Shown: in pieces, positions 35,776 to 44,483 of the stretch
Numbering within the stretch: the stretch's first letter is position 1
Layout: each line of letters starts with the position of its first letter
NCBI GenBank assembly: GCA_964498135.1
Contig: CAZCGG010000008.1
Location: 1 to 46,266, forward strand
DNA length: 46,266 nucleotides
Source: an uncultured Candidatus Moduliflexus sp.
Lineage (GTDB): Bacteria; Moduliflexota; Moduliflexia; Moduliflexales; Moduliflexaceae
Direction: 5' to 3'
Notes under the pieces: model-generated
What the model was told of the DNA's origin: nothing
Database searches by the model: none
The model's input: the letters and a program-made list of their open reading frames with translations, nothing else
Made by a program: the position numbers and the translations under genes

Positions 35776-35838
35776 AACGCAAAGGCCGCAAAAGGCGCAA
35801 GAGACGCAAACGATTGCGTTGTTCGCGTCCCTTGCGTT
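35776..35838. repeat. Palindromic intergenic repeat, AACGCAA...TTGCGTT family
   Basis: AACGCAAAGGCCGCAAAAGGCGCAAGAGACGCAAACG ATTGCGTTGTTCGCGTCCCTTGCGTT. Confidence 0.6.
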
Positions 35839-35885
35839 TTTTATTTACGTTAATCAGTTCAATCAGTAGGCTATTTCGCGCAATT

Positions 35886-37196
35886 ATGCAACTGAATCAT
35901 AAAAAAGCGATTTTTGGCTGGTGCATGTACGATTGGGCGAATTCCGCCTTTGCCACGACGATTATGGCGGGATTTTTCCCGATCTTTTTCAAAGAATTTT
36001 GGAATGCCGGGATTGATCCGACCATCAGCACGGCGCGGCTCGGTCTCGCCAATTCGCTGGCCGGGGTATTTGTCGCCGTATTAGCCCCGATTCTCGGCGC
36101 CATTGCGGACAAAGGCACGGCGCGAAAAAAATTCATGCTCTTTTTCGCCTATTTAGGCGTGTTGATGAGCGTCAGCCTGTACATGGTCTCGCAGGGAAAC
36201 TGGCTGCTGGCAATCTTGCTGTATGCCGTCGGCACAATTGGCTTTTCAGGCAGCCTGATTTTTTATGACGCGCTGCTGCCGAACGTGGCGTCCGCAGAAA
36301 AAATGGACGTGGTTTCCGGGTTGGGCTACGCCTACGGCTATTTAGGCGGCGGCATGCTCTTCGCCGTCAACGTTTGGATGACGTTGAAACCGGCGACGTT
36401 TGGCTTGGCGGACGCGGCACAGGCCGTGCGATTTTCATTTTTTACCGTCGGCGTCTGGTGGGCGGTGTTTTCGCTGCCGATTATCTTGCTCGTCAACGAG
36501 CCGAAAAAAAGGCAGACCGAATCAAGCGTAAAAATCGTTGCCGCCGGAATGCGTCAATTGGTGAAGACGTTTCAGGAAGTGCGCCACCTGAACATGATTT
36601 TCCTCTTTTTGGCCGCGTACTGGCTTTATATTGACGGCGTGGACACAGTGATCCGCATGGCGGTGGATTACGGCCTGTCATTGGGTTTCAAATCGAGCGA
36701 TTTGATTGTCGCGCTGCTGATTACGCAGTTCGTCGGCTTTCCGGCGGCGATTGGCTTTGGCTTTCTCGGCAAGAAAATCGGCGCGAAACAGGGGATTTTT
36801 CTGGCGATTTCCGTCTATCTGTTCACGTCCATCTGGGCGTCGTTCATGCGCGAAAGATACGAATTTTACCTGCTCGCCGTGACAATCGGCCTCGTGCAGG
36901 GCGGCGTGCAATCGCTCAGCCGCTCGTATTACGCCCGCATTATTCCGGCGGAGAAAGCGGCGGAATTTTTCGGATTTTATAACATGCTCGGCAAGTTCGC
37001 CACCGTCATCGGCCCGGCGCTGATGGGCGGCGTCGGCCTGTTGGCGCGGTCGTGGGGGTGCAGCAGCGATGTCGCGTCGCGGATCAGTTTGTCGTCGCTC
37101 TCGCTGCTTTTTTTGGTCGGCGGGACACTGTTGTATTTTGTTGATGAAAACAAGGCCACGCAGCAAATGCGCCGTCTTGCGGAGCATGGCGCGTGA
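35886..37196 (+). CDS. MFS transporter, UMF1/Atg22-like family
   Basis: GWCMYDWANSAFATTI N-terminal signature and about 12 TM segments. The start was moved to ATG 35886, past the repeat-derived extension. Confidence 0.8.
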   Translation: MQLNHKKAIFGWCMYDWANSAFATTIMAGFFPIFFKEFWNAGIDPTISTARLGLANSLAGVFVAVLAPILGAIADKGTARKKFMLFFAYLGVLMSVSLYMVSQGNWLLAILLYAVGTIGFSGSLIFYDALLPNVASAEKMDVVSGLGYAYGYLGGGMLFAVNVWMTLKPATFGLADAAQAVRFSFFTVGVWWAVFSLPIILLVNEPKKRQTESSVKIVAAGMRQLVKTFQEVRHLNMIFLFLAAYWLYIDGVDTVIRMAVDYGLSLGFKSSDLIVALLITQFVGFPAAIGFGFLGKKIGAKQGIFLAISVYLFTSIWASFMRERYEFYLLAVTIGLVQGGVQSLSRSYYARIIPAEKAAEFFGFYNMLGKFATVIGPALMGGVGLLARSWGCSSDVASRISLSSLSLLFLVGGTLLYFVDENKATQQMRRLAEHGA

Positions 37197-37220
37197 CGCC
37201 GCCCAGCGGAGGTGAAAATC

Positions 37221-37430
37221 ATGTCGTTGCTTGATGAATTTGCGGAAGAGGTCGCCAAACGAAGCCCGCTTGAACGAAAACGCGCGCAAATCAAGGCGCT
37301 GCGCCAACATGCCAAAGAAGCATTTGACGCGCAATTCTTGTTGGGCGGCGCGGCGAATCAAGAGATGCTCGCCCGCTTGCAGGGGCGGCTTGAGGCGTAT
37401 GACGATTGCCTGCGCGTGTTGGCTGAATAG
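37221..37430 (+). CDS. Small hypothetical helical protein (69 aa)
   Basis: SD GGAGGTG lies 6 nt before ATG 37221 and a terminator follows. No recognisable motif. Confidence 0.4.
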   Translation: MSLLDEFAEEVAKRSPLERKRAQIKALRQHAKEAFDAQFLLGGAANQEMLARLQGRLEAYDDCLRVLAE

Positions 37431-37447
37431 CGATATTAAAAATCAAG

Positions 37448-37475
37448 CGTCAGGCGCTTCTCGAAGCGCCTGACG
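37448..37475. terminator. Bidirectional hairpin between convergent genes
   Basis: CGTCAGGCGCTTC / GAAGCGCCTGACG, a near-perfect 13-bp palindrome. Confidence 0.6.
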
Positions 37476-37486
37476 TGTTTGCGAAA

Positions 37487-38674
37487 CTATTCCGCGTGGC
37501 GCACAATTTTTTTGACCGTGCCGTCACGATTCAAATAGTAGGCGATGCCGCGCCAGCGCATGACATTCGTGAAGAGCGTCAGCAGGCTCGCCCACGCCAT
37601 CAGCACGATATAGACCGGCGAAAGCAGCCACCACGATACGCCGCTGTGGTGATCGTCGGTCGAGCGTTTCAGCAAGCGGCAGCAAAGCATCAGCAGCAGC
37701 GCGAACGCGGCTTTCATTCCGACGAACAGCGCGACTTTTTTGCCGGGAACGAGCAGCGCGAACGTCGCCAGAATTGGCAGCGCAAGAAGATTCGCCGCCG
37801 CATACGCAAACAGCGCGAGCAGCGCGAGCCACGACGGGCGCAGATAATATTTGACATAGAGCATTTGGCGCGTGAACCAGACCAGCGCGCCGCGCACCGT
37901 ATCAATCGCATGCGGCGTCTCTTTCACGCACGTCGGCACGAAGACCGCGCGGCGCCGTTGCTGCTGAATCATGCGTTGCAGCGTCATGTCATCCACCACC
38001 GTCTTCGCCCAGTATTCGCGCACGCCCATCTTCTCGAAATCTTCGCGCCGAATCGCCGTCGCGCCGCCCCAGACCGCGCTCACGAAGATGCAATTCATCG
38101 CCGAATATTGCATGCCGATCATGAACGCATGAAGGCGTTCGCCGAGCGTCTTTTTCCGCAAAATATTCCAGCGAAAGCCGACGGCGGCGGTAATTTTCGG
38201 ATGCGAGAGCGGGCGGATCAGATCGCAGAATTGCTGCGTCGAAAGCGTGGTCAGCGCGTCTAAAAAGAGGTACACGTCCGCCCGCTCTTCCGACGCTTTG
38301 ATGCCTTGCAGCAGATTGTGATTTTTTTGGCCGCAGGTTTTCGCCAAACCTGCCACCACGAGATGCGCGTTCTCGGCGTCTTTCAGATATTGCCGCAGCA
38401 TCGGATACGCGGCGTCGCGCTGATTTTCCACGATGAAAAAGAGCCGCGCTTTCGGATAATGGTTGCGCAAAAACGCGCGCAGATTGCCTTCAAATTGTTC
38501 GTCAACGCCCTTGCACGGGATGAAAATTGACACGCGCGGCGCGTAATCATGCCGGAAATGCCGCGCGTATTTTCGATGATACAAGCGGGGATACAGGCGC
38601 AAAGAAATCACAAACACATACGCGACGAACAAGCCAATCACATCAAAGACGCTCAGAACGTAAAATTGCTCCAT
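37487..38674 (-). CDS. Membrane glycosyltransferase, GT2/GT21 (ceramide glucosyltransferase-like)
   Basis: N-terminal TM, VSIFIPCKG, an acidic DAL motif (YLFLDALT), GGATAIRREDF, VVDDMTL, and C-terminal TM helices. Confidence 0.8.
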   Translation of the reverse strand: MEQFYVLSVFDVIGLFVAYVFVISLRLYPRLYHRKYARHFRHDYAPRVSIFIPCKGVDEQFEGNLRAFLRNHYPKARLFFIVENQRDAAYPMLRQYLKDAENAHLVVAGLAKTCGQKNHNLLQGIKASEERADVYLFLDALTTLSTQQFCDLIRPLSHPKITAAVGFRWNILRKKTLGERLHAFMIGMQYSAMNCIFVSAVWGGATAIRREDFEKMGVREYWAKTVVDDMTLQRMIQQQRRRAVFVPTCVKETPHAIDTVRGALVWFTRQMLYVKYYLRPSWLALLALFAYAAANLLALPILATFALLVPGKKVALFVGMKAAFALLLMLCCRLLKRSTDDHHSGVSWWLLSPVYIVLMAWASLLTLFTNVMRWRGIAYYLNRDGTVKKIVRHAE

Positions 38675-38690
38675 GCGGCGCTCCTCAAAA

Positions 38691-38834
38691 TAGACCTCTT
38701 GCAGAAGTTATTGTTTCTCTGGCAACCCGTTCGCGCTGAGCCTGTCGAAGCGCGTCTTTTTCGGGAGAAACGACCGTCACGCGCGCCCTTCGACAGGCTC
38801 AGGGCGAGCGGAAGAGACGTTTGCAAGAGGTCTA
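38691..38834. mobile_element. MITE-like non-autonomous element, copy C (144 bp)
   Basis: TA-GACCTCTTGCAGAAG ... GTTTGCAAGAGGTC-TA termini; core CCGTTCGCGCTGAGCCTGTCGAAGCG / CCCTTCGACAGGCTCAGGGCGAGCGG. Confidence 0.7.
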
Positions 38835-38869
38835 ATAAACAATCGCGGCAGGCATTGCGCCGCAATCGC

Positions 38870-40459
38870 CTACATTCCCCAAACCGTCACGGTTGTTTCG
38901 TGATAATTTTCCTGACGGCAAAAGATTTTCTCCGCCCAACTGACATGTTTCCGCCGGTCGAAAATGACAAGATGCCCTTCGTTTGCGCCGCAGCGATCCA
39001 TATATTGCCACGTCTGCGCCACGCCACTGCGAATCGTTTCGTCTAAATCGCCGTACCGGATTTTCAACTCGATGACGACATGCTGAACGCCGCTACGATG
39101 CGGCCAAATCGCCAATAAATCCGTGCGTTTCATGCCCAAGCCGTACTCGCGCTCAATGCGCCCGCCGCCGTTGATAATCCGCGAGAGAAACGCCTGCATC
39201 AGCAATTGCGGCCCGGCTTCTTTGTATTGAAACCGCTCGCCCCAGCTTTCCGAATGCTTGCGGAAAAATTCTTGAAACGCCGCCATCAATTTCGGCATAT
39301 CGAGTTGGCCGTCATTCGGGCGAATGTACCATTGCGGCTGCTCGCTGATCGTCAATTGCGTCACATACGTCAACTCGCGGGGAATCACTTCCTGATAGAG
39401 CCGGTTGGCGATGCGCACCTGCCCTTCGGTTTTGATTAAGCCCAAATCGCGGACATAGCTGAGATCGTCGGGCGGATAATCTTCCGGCGCGTCAATGCCG
39501 CTCAAAATCGGCTCGATGACGCGGCGGACGCGCTCTTCCTGCAATTTATCCGCTAACTGGTCAAGATGAGTTTCGCGGCGGGCGATAATCCGCTCTTTCG
39601 CCGCGTGAACCATCTCGGCGGTAATCGAGTTCGCGCGGTTGCGCCCTTCCGGCATTTCGAAACAGACTTCATATCCGAGCGCGTTTACCAGCCAGGGCTG
39701 TCCTTCGCTGAACGCCCACACGCAATCAAGGGCTTTCGAATCAAACGTCTGCCCGGTTTCGGCGGTATGACAGCGATATAATTCCGTGATTTCTTCCCGG
39801 ACGAAATCGCCTAATCGCAGCGATTTCGCTTTGATGTTGAACGCGCTGCCGCCCGTAATCACCGTTTTTTCTTGGCTGGAATGAATCCGATAATCCCGCA
39901 CGTCGCGCACGCCGCAGAGAATCACGCTTTGCGGAAACAGCGCGGGGCGTCCGGCATAGCCGCTGCGCAATTGGCGAAGCAGCGAAATCAGCGTGTCGCC
40001 GATGAGCGCGTCCACTTCGTCAATCAACAACACAAACGGCTTCGGCGACGCCTTTGCCCATTCGCTCAACGTTTTTTGAAAGGCGTTGAATTCCCCGTCA
40101 TGTTCAAGAATCTCCTTCCAATGTTCGCGGACGAAGTGATCATGCAGATAGTTTTCGGCTTTATCCGCCAATTCCGACAACACCGAGCGGATGCCGGCCT
40201 TGACGTTTTCGCGGGCAGCCTGCGCGTTTTCGATGTTCATGTACAAACAGGCGTAAGTTCCCTGCTGATTCAAATAGTCCATCAACGCCAGCAGGCAGGA
40301 CGTTTTGCCGGTTTGACGCGGCGCGTGCAGAACAAAATATTTTTTCTGCGCGATCAAATCCAGCATTTCCGAGAGGTTGATGCGCTGTAATGGCGGCAAA
40401 CAGTAATGATCCTTGCAGTTCACCGGCCCTGCGGTATTAAAAAAGCGTTCGTGCGTCAT
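38870..40459 (-). CDS. ORC/AAA-ATPase-like domain fused to a C-terminal PD-(D/E)XK nuclease-like domain (paralog 1)
   Basis: FFNTAGPVNCKDHYCLPPL lead-in, Walker A HAPRQTGKTS, Walker B FVLLIDEVDAL, and C-terminal KRTDLLAIW...VVIELKIRYG (D...ExK). The start was set at MTHERFF (40459) because the listed extension is repeat-derived. Confidence 0.75.
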   Translation of the reverse strand: MTHERFFNTAGPVNCKDHYCLPPLQRINLSEMLDLIAQKKYFVLHAPRQTGKTSCLLALMDYLNQQGTYACLYMNIENAQAARENVKAGIRSVLSELADKAENYLHDHFVREHWKEILEHDGEFNAFQKTLSEWAKASPKPFVLLIDEVDALIGDTLISLLRQLRSGYAGRPALFPQSVILCGVRDVRDYRIHSSQEKTVITGGSAFNIKAKSLRLGDFVREEITELYRCHTAETGQTFDSKALDCVWAFSEGQPWLVNALGYEVCFEMPEGRNRANSITAEMVHAAKERIIARRETHLDQLADKLQEERVRRVIEPILSGIDAPEDYPPDDLSYVRDLGLIKTEGQVRIANRLYQEVIPRELTYVTQLTISEQPQWYIRPNDGQLDMPKLMAAFQEFFRKHSESWGERFQYKEAGPQLLMQAFLSRIINGGGRIEREYGLGMKRTDLLAIWPHRSGVQHVVIELKIRYGDLDETIRSGVAQTWQYMDRCGANEGHLVIFDRRKHVSWAEKIFCRQENYHETTVTVWGM

Positions 40460-40468
40460 AAGTGGTTT

Positions 40469-40528
40469 CCGTTCGCCCTGAGCGTGTCGAAGGGCAGTTT
40501 TGTGGTTCGACACGCTCACCACGAACGG
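40469..40528. repeat. Core-only copy of the CCGTTCGCCCTGAGC.TGTCGAAGGG hairpin repeat
   Basis: CCGTTCGCCCTGAGCGTGTCGAAGGGC, then 9 nt, then GTTCGACACGCTCACCACGAACGG. Its right arm supplies the last codons and the stop of the STAND gene. Confidence 0.65.
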
Positions 40529-43497
40529 CGCGCGGTTAGATGGCTTTCGATCCGTTCAATCACAGGCATCTGCGGGCTGCCGTCACCGGGTTCGCGCTCG
40601 CGGGCGAGACGTTCGGCCTCAAGCAACGGGATGTTTTCAGGAATCGGGGAAATGGTATCCGGGCGCGGCTGACCGACATCATTCGCGCCGGTTTGCCAGA
40701 AGGCTTTGAGCCGGCGCAGCGTATTTCGCCCGTCCTCGCCGCGCTGCAAGCAGAACGGAATCAACGGCTGATACGGCGTCGGAATGTTGTCGCCGAACAG
40801 GATTTCGTCTAAGCAGAAACGATTGTAGCGAAGCGCATAGATCAATGCCTGCTGATAAAAATCGAAGGCGGCGTCCGGCTCTTCCTGCCAGAGCAGATGG
40901 CCTTGCAGCAGGTGGAGCGCGGCAATATGCTCGTTGTATTCGTATTGCTGCGCTAAGGCTTCGGCCTCGGCGATGAAGGCGGGAATGTCGGACAGCTTGC
41001 CTTGCGCATATTTGACCCGCGCCATGCCGACGAGGGCTTCACATTCAAAATTTCGTCGAGATGTCCAACGATATTCCTCTAATACTTCGCAGTAATACTG
41101 TTCCGCTTTATCGTAATTATGGCGGATTTCTTCTAATTCTCCCAACCAAATTAAAATTTCAGGAATACCGCAACCATGTTGATTTTCTTGCTTGATCTTT
41201 AAGCTTTTTGTGAGAAACTCATCAGCATCATTAAGAAGGTTTTGGTTGATCCGAATTTTTCCTTGAAATCCTAAAAACTGAGCTATGTCACTCAATACTG
41301 CTCTATGTGTTTCGCAAAACTGTTGCCATACTAAAAAAGCTGCTGTTGATTGTGAATATTTTTTTTGAAATCCAGCAATAAGACCTAATCCTCCCGAAAT
41401 TTGAGCGACATTATTATCATCCCCAATCTGATGTATATATTCTAGAGCCTCTCTACTTGATAATTCTGCTTCTCTATATCTTCCGCTCCAAATAAGCGCC
41501 CATAATGAACCTCCTTTGAAGCGAAGTCCCAAAAGTTTATTATCTGACGCAGACTGAAGCTTTTCAAGTCCTTGATTATAATAATATATAGATTCTTTCC
41601 AGTAACCAAAAATACCATAAAAAGATTTTAAATGTCTATAGGTAATAAGAAGACTATAGTTATCATCTCGCTTCTCTGCCCATTCCTGTAACAGTTGAGT
41701 ATATAATATCCTTTTTTCTACATTCTGCTTGCCAACATAATATATCCATGAAAGGAACGGTAAAATAGACCCTACTTTAATGTCATTCGGGGGAAGTAAT
41801 TTATAACTTTCTTCTAACATTTGGATTGCTTTATCTACTTCATTCGTTTGATACCCTTTTAAATCTAACCAAAATTCTCCAAGATCACATAACGAATATG
41901 CTCGTAAAGAGATTTCTGCCTGCTGGTTCTGGATAATCTTTTCATAACTCATAGCAGCAATTTCTAAATTTGATTCTATCCGAGCTATCTTTCCTTGATA
42001 ATACTCCCGCCATAAGCGGCTATTTTCCTGTTCCAATGGATACGTGCTGACATCGCTCAACAACGTTTTGAGCCGATTGACCATACAGTAGCGAGTCAAC
42101 TCTTCGGCGGTCGCTTGAAACAACTGGATGCCGGTTTCTTCGTTTGCCCGAACGCGATGATATAGCCGTTCCAAGCCGAACAACTCCTGTTCCGTCAGGC
42201 TCGCTTGCGGCATGGCCTGTTCGAAATAGGCGGCGGCGCGTTCGTGCCACTGTTTATGCCGCGCCGGATCGTGAATTTTCAGGTTTTCGTCCAGCACGTC
42301 TCGCACCACGTCATGCAGCGCCAATTTCCCTTCGCGCACCGGGCGCGTGAACGGAAACTGCCGCAATTCCTTGAAATCCGCCGCCGGAATCTCCGTTTCC
42401 AACACCGCCCGCAACACGGACAGATCGAACCAGCGCAGCGCCGCCGCCGCTTCAACGAGGCGTTCAATCGTTTTCGGCACGGATTCCAGCAGGCGATCCA
42501 CCAAATCCGCCGCGACTTGCGCTTTGATGGTCTGGAAATCGGTGTGATCGTATGCCGCCCACAGCCGCGCCGCCGTCGTCGCCACGAGCGGCAAGCCCCG
42601 CGAAAATTTCACGACCGCCTCCACTTGCGCCGGGTCCGGTGTCGCGCCGCGCATGGCCTGATAATAGCGGCTGATCACGTCGCGCAGATGTTCATCTTCC
42701 ATCGGGCGCAATTCCTCGAACCGCGCCTGCATGAGGCAGCCCGGCCAATCGCGCTCCCACGCTTCGCCGCGAAAGCTGCGCGTGGCGATGACGAACAAGA
42801 TATTCCCATGCGCCGCCCGCGCCAATTCGCGCACCCAATCATCTAACGTTCCGATTTGCTCGTAGGTGTCGAACATCAGCGTCACGCGCTTTTTGGCGGC
42901 GGTTTTGGCGAGGTCGGTCACAAACTGCTGCGTCAGGAGTTTGAGCGGATTGAGATAAAAATCCACGTCCGGCTTATTCAAAAAGCCGAACAGCCAATCG
43001 GTCAACGCTTCCGCGCTCATGCCGCCCACGACGCTGCCCAATGGGCCTAAGACGGCGCTCGCGGCGGTTTCCAGCGCGGCCTTCGCGCTCGCTTTGCCCG
43101 CGTTCGCAAGCTTGCTCTGCCCCGCCCGCAGCTTTTCCTCAACTTTGGCCTGAATCGCCTGATAACGCTGGAACGCCACGCTGAATTCCGGCAGTTTGAC
43201 GCCGCTTTTGCCTAATTCATCGGACAAGCCGGTCAGCATTTCGACGCCGGTTTTGGCTTCGTCCACGCTGACGAATCCGACCGGAATCGCCTGCTTTTTG
43301 CAAAACAAACGGAACATTTTCAGCAGCGTGGATTTGCCGCCGCCACCGACGCCGTGAATAATCAGCAGGCGTTTCGGCAGATTTGGCGCGGTCACAAATT
43401 CTTCGAACAATTGCCGCAAATGCTCGGTGTTGGTGAATAAGGCTTCTAAGGCCGTTTCTTCGGCAGTCAATTGATATGCGCGCTTGCCAAACAACAT
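40516..43497 (-). CDS. STAND-class P-loop NTPase with long C-terminal TPR array (993 aa); no recognisable N-terminal effector domain
   Basis: Walker A IIHGVGGGGKSTLL about 50 aa from the proposed start MLFGKRAY. Walker B VTLMFDTYEQ. Then a helical/winged-helix region followed by more than 450 aa of TPR-like repeats. The listed N-terminal 25 aa (MNRRDAEVAEKNIFLRSPRL...) are translated from a palindromic repeat. Confidence 0.8.
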   Translation of the reverse strand: MLFGKRAYQLTAEETALEALFTNTEHLRQLFEEFVTAPNLPKRLLIIHGVGGGGKSTLLKMFRLFCKKQAIPVGFVSVDEAKTGVEMLTGLSDELGKSGVKLPEFSVAFQRYQAIQAKVEEKLRAGQSKLANAGKASAKAALETAASAVLGPLGSVVGGMSAEALTDWLFGFLNKPDVDFYLNPLKLLTQQFVTDLAKTAAKKRVTLMFDTYEQIGTLDDWVRELARAAHGNILFVIATRSFRGEAWERDWPGCLMQARFEELRPMEDEHLRDVISRYYQAMRGATPDPAQVEAVVKFSRGLPLVATTAARLWAAYDHTDFQTIKAQVAADLVDRLLESVPKTIERLVEAAAALRWFDLSVLRAVLETEIPAADFKELRQFPFTRPVREGKLALHDVVRDVLDENLKIHDPARHKQWHERAAAYFEQAMPQASLTEQELFGLERLYHRVRANEETGIQLFQATAEELTRYCMVNRLKTLLSDVSTYPLEQENSRLWREYYQGKIARIESNLEIAAMSYEKIIQNQQAEISLRAYSLCDLGEFWLDLKGYQTNEVDKAIQMLEESYKLLPPNDIKVGSILPFLSWIYYVGKQNVEKRILYTQLLQEWAEKRDDNYSLLITYRHLKSFYGIFGYWKESIYYYNQGLEKLQSASDNKLLGLRFKGGSLWALIWSGRYREAELSSREALEYIHQIGDDNNVAQISGGLGLIAGFQKKYSQSTAAFLVWQQFCETHRAVLSDIAQFLGFQGKIRINQNLLNDADEFLTKSLKIKQENQHGCGIPEILIWLGELEEIRHNYDKAEQYYCEVLEEYRWTSRRNFECEALVGMARVKYAQGKLSDIPAFIAEAEALAQQYEYNEHIAALHLLQGHLLWQEEPDAAFDFYQQALIYALRYNRFCLDEILFGDNIPTPYQPLIPFCLQRGEDGRNTLRRLKAFWQTGANDVGQPRPDTISPIPENIPLLEAERLAREREPGDGSPQMPVIERIESHLTARRSW

Positions 43498-43507
43498 AAT
43501 TTTTACA

Positions 43508-43567
43508 CCGCAGAGACGCGGAGAACGCAGAAAAATGTTTTTCTCCGCGACCTCCGCGTCTCGGCGG
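43508..43567. repeat. Palindromic intergenic repeat (GAGACGCGGAG type)
   Basis: CCGCAGAGACGCGGAG ... CTCCGCGTCTCGGCGG with an inner stem GCGGAGAA / TTCTCCGC. Confidence 0.55.
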
Positions 43568-43656
43568 TTCAATTACAGATGACAAAAACCATCGCACCTA
43601 CCTGAATGAACAACGCATTGACAGCGAGGGAAAAATTTTTCAAGGGAAATCGCATT

Positions 43657-44478
43657 TCAGCGATATTTTTCAGCGAGTTGCCGGTACGCCGCCGCGTCTG
43701 CCGGTTTATCGCGTTTGGCGCAGCCTTGCGCCATGATGTCGCATTTGCGCCGCAGTTCATCCGCCGCCTGCTGACGCTGTTCTGCCGTCAAGCCGCCCGC
43801 TTGCAGGAGCTTTTCGAGCGACTGAATCCGAAAGCGATCCAGCCCCCAATGCGTCCGCGAGAGTTGATCATCATGCCCGCCGCGCTTGATAATCAGGGGC
43901 GTTTCGATGAAATGCACCGGGTGGGTTTTGGTGATGCGCAGCCACAAATCATAATCTTCGCAGGCGGGCAGGGCTTCATCGAAATAGCCGACTTCATCGA
44001 ATATCGCGCGGCGAATCAGCGCGGACGACGGGCTGATGACGCAGAACGGCAGGCAATGCGGGAAAATATAGCCGCCGTGCTTCTGGTGCTTTTTCATCTG
44101 ATTGACGCGGACGCCGCGCCGAATCCAGATTTCTTCGGTATGGCAGAGCGGAATGTGCGGCTGCGCCTCCATGACGGCGATTTGCGCGGCAAGCTTTTTC
44201 GGCAGCCAGAGATCATCGGAATCGAGCAGCGCGATATAGCGGCCTTGCGCGGCGCGGATGCCCGCGTTCCGCGCGCTGCTGACGCCGCAATTTGCCTGAA
44301 AAATCGGGCGGAGGCGCGCGCCGTAGCCGTCCAGCACATCGCGGGTGCGATCCGTCGAGCCATCGTCAATCACGAGAAGCTCAACATCACGAAAGGTTTG
44401 CGCGAGGACGGACTCAATCGCCTCTTTGAGAAAATCGGCGCGGTTATAGGTCGGAATGATCACGCTGACGGTCGGCAA
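43657..44478 (-). CDS. Glycosyltransferase family 2
   Basis: VSVIIPTYNRADFL, LLVIDDGSTD, LDSDDLW, CEDYDLWLR. TTG start with SD AGGGGTG at 8 nt. Only 5 nt downstream of the preceding ATPase-nuclease gene. Confidence 0.85.
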   Translation of the reverse strand: MPTVSVIIPTYNRADFLKEAIESVLAQTFRDVELLVIDDGSTDRTRDVLDGYGARLRPIFQANCGVSSARNAGIRAAQGRYIALLDSDDLWLPKKLAAQIAVMEAQPHIPLCHTEEIWIRRGVRVNQMKKHQKHGGYIFPHCLPFCVISPSSALIRRAIFDEVGYFDEALPACEDYDLWLRITKTHPVHFIETPLIIKRGGHDDQLSRTHWGLDRFRIQSLEKLLQAGGLTAEQRQQAADELRRKCDIMAQGCAKRDKPADAAAYRQLAEKYR

Positions 44479-44483
44479 TTTGA

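Noticed and set aside
40460-40522. N-terminal extensions of listed ORFs (40460-40522, 43498-43572, 20650-20697, 35814-35885, 33818-33877)
   Set aside because: The extra codons are translations of palindromic repeats (for example ...RHAQGERKPL and MNRRDAEVAEKNIFLRSPRL). Better starts lie just downstream, although not every one of them has a clear SD.
19406-43567. Whether the recurring palindromic repeats form a CRISPR array
   Set aside because: Copies are kilobases apart at gene ends, belong to several unrelated families, have no regular spacer periodicity, and no cas genes are present.
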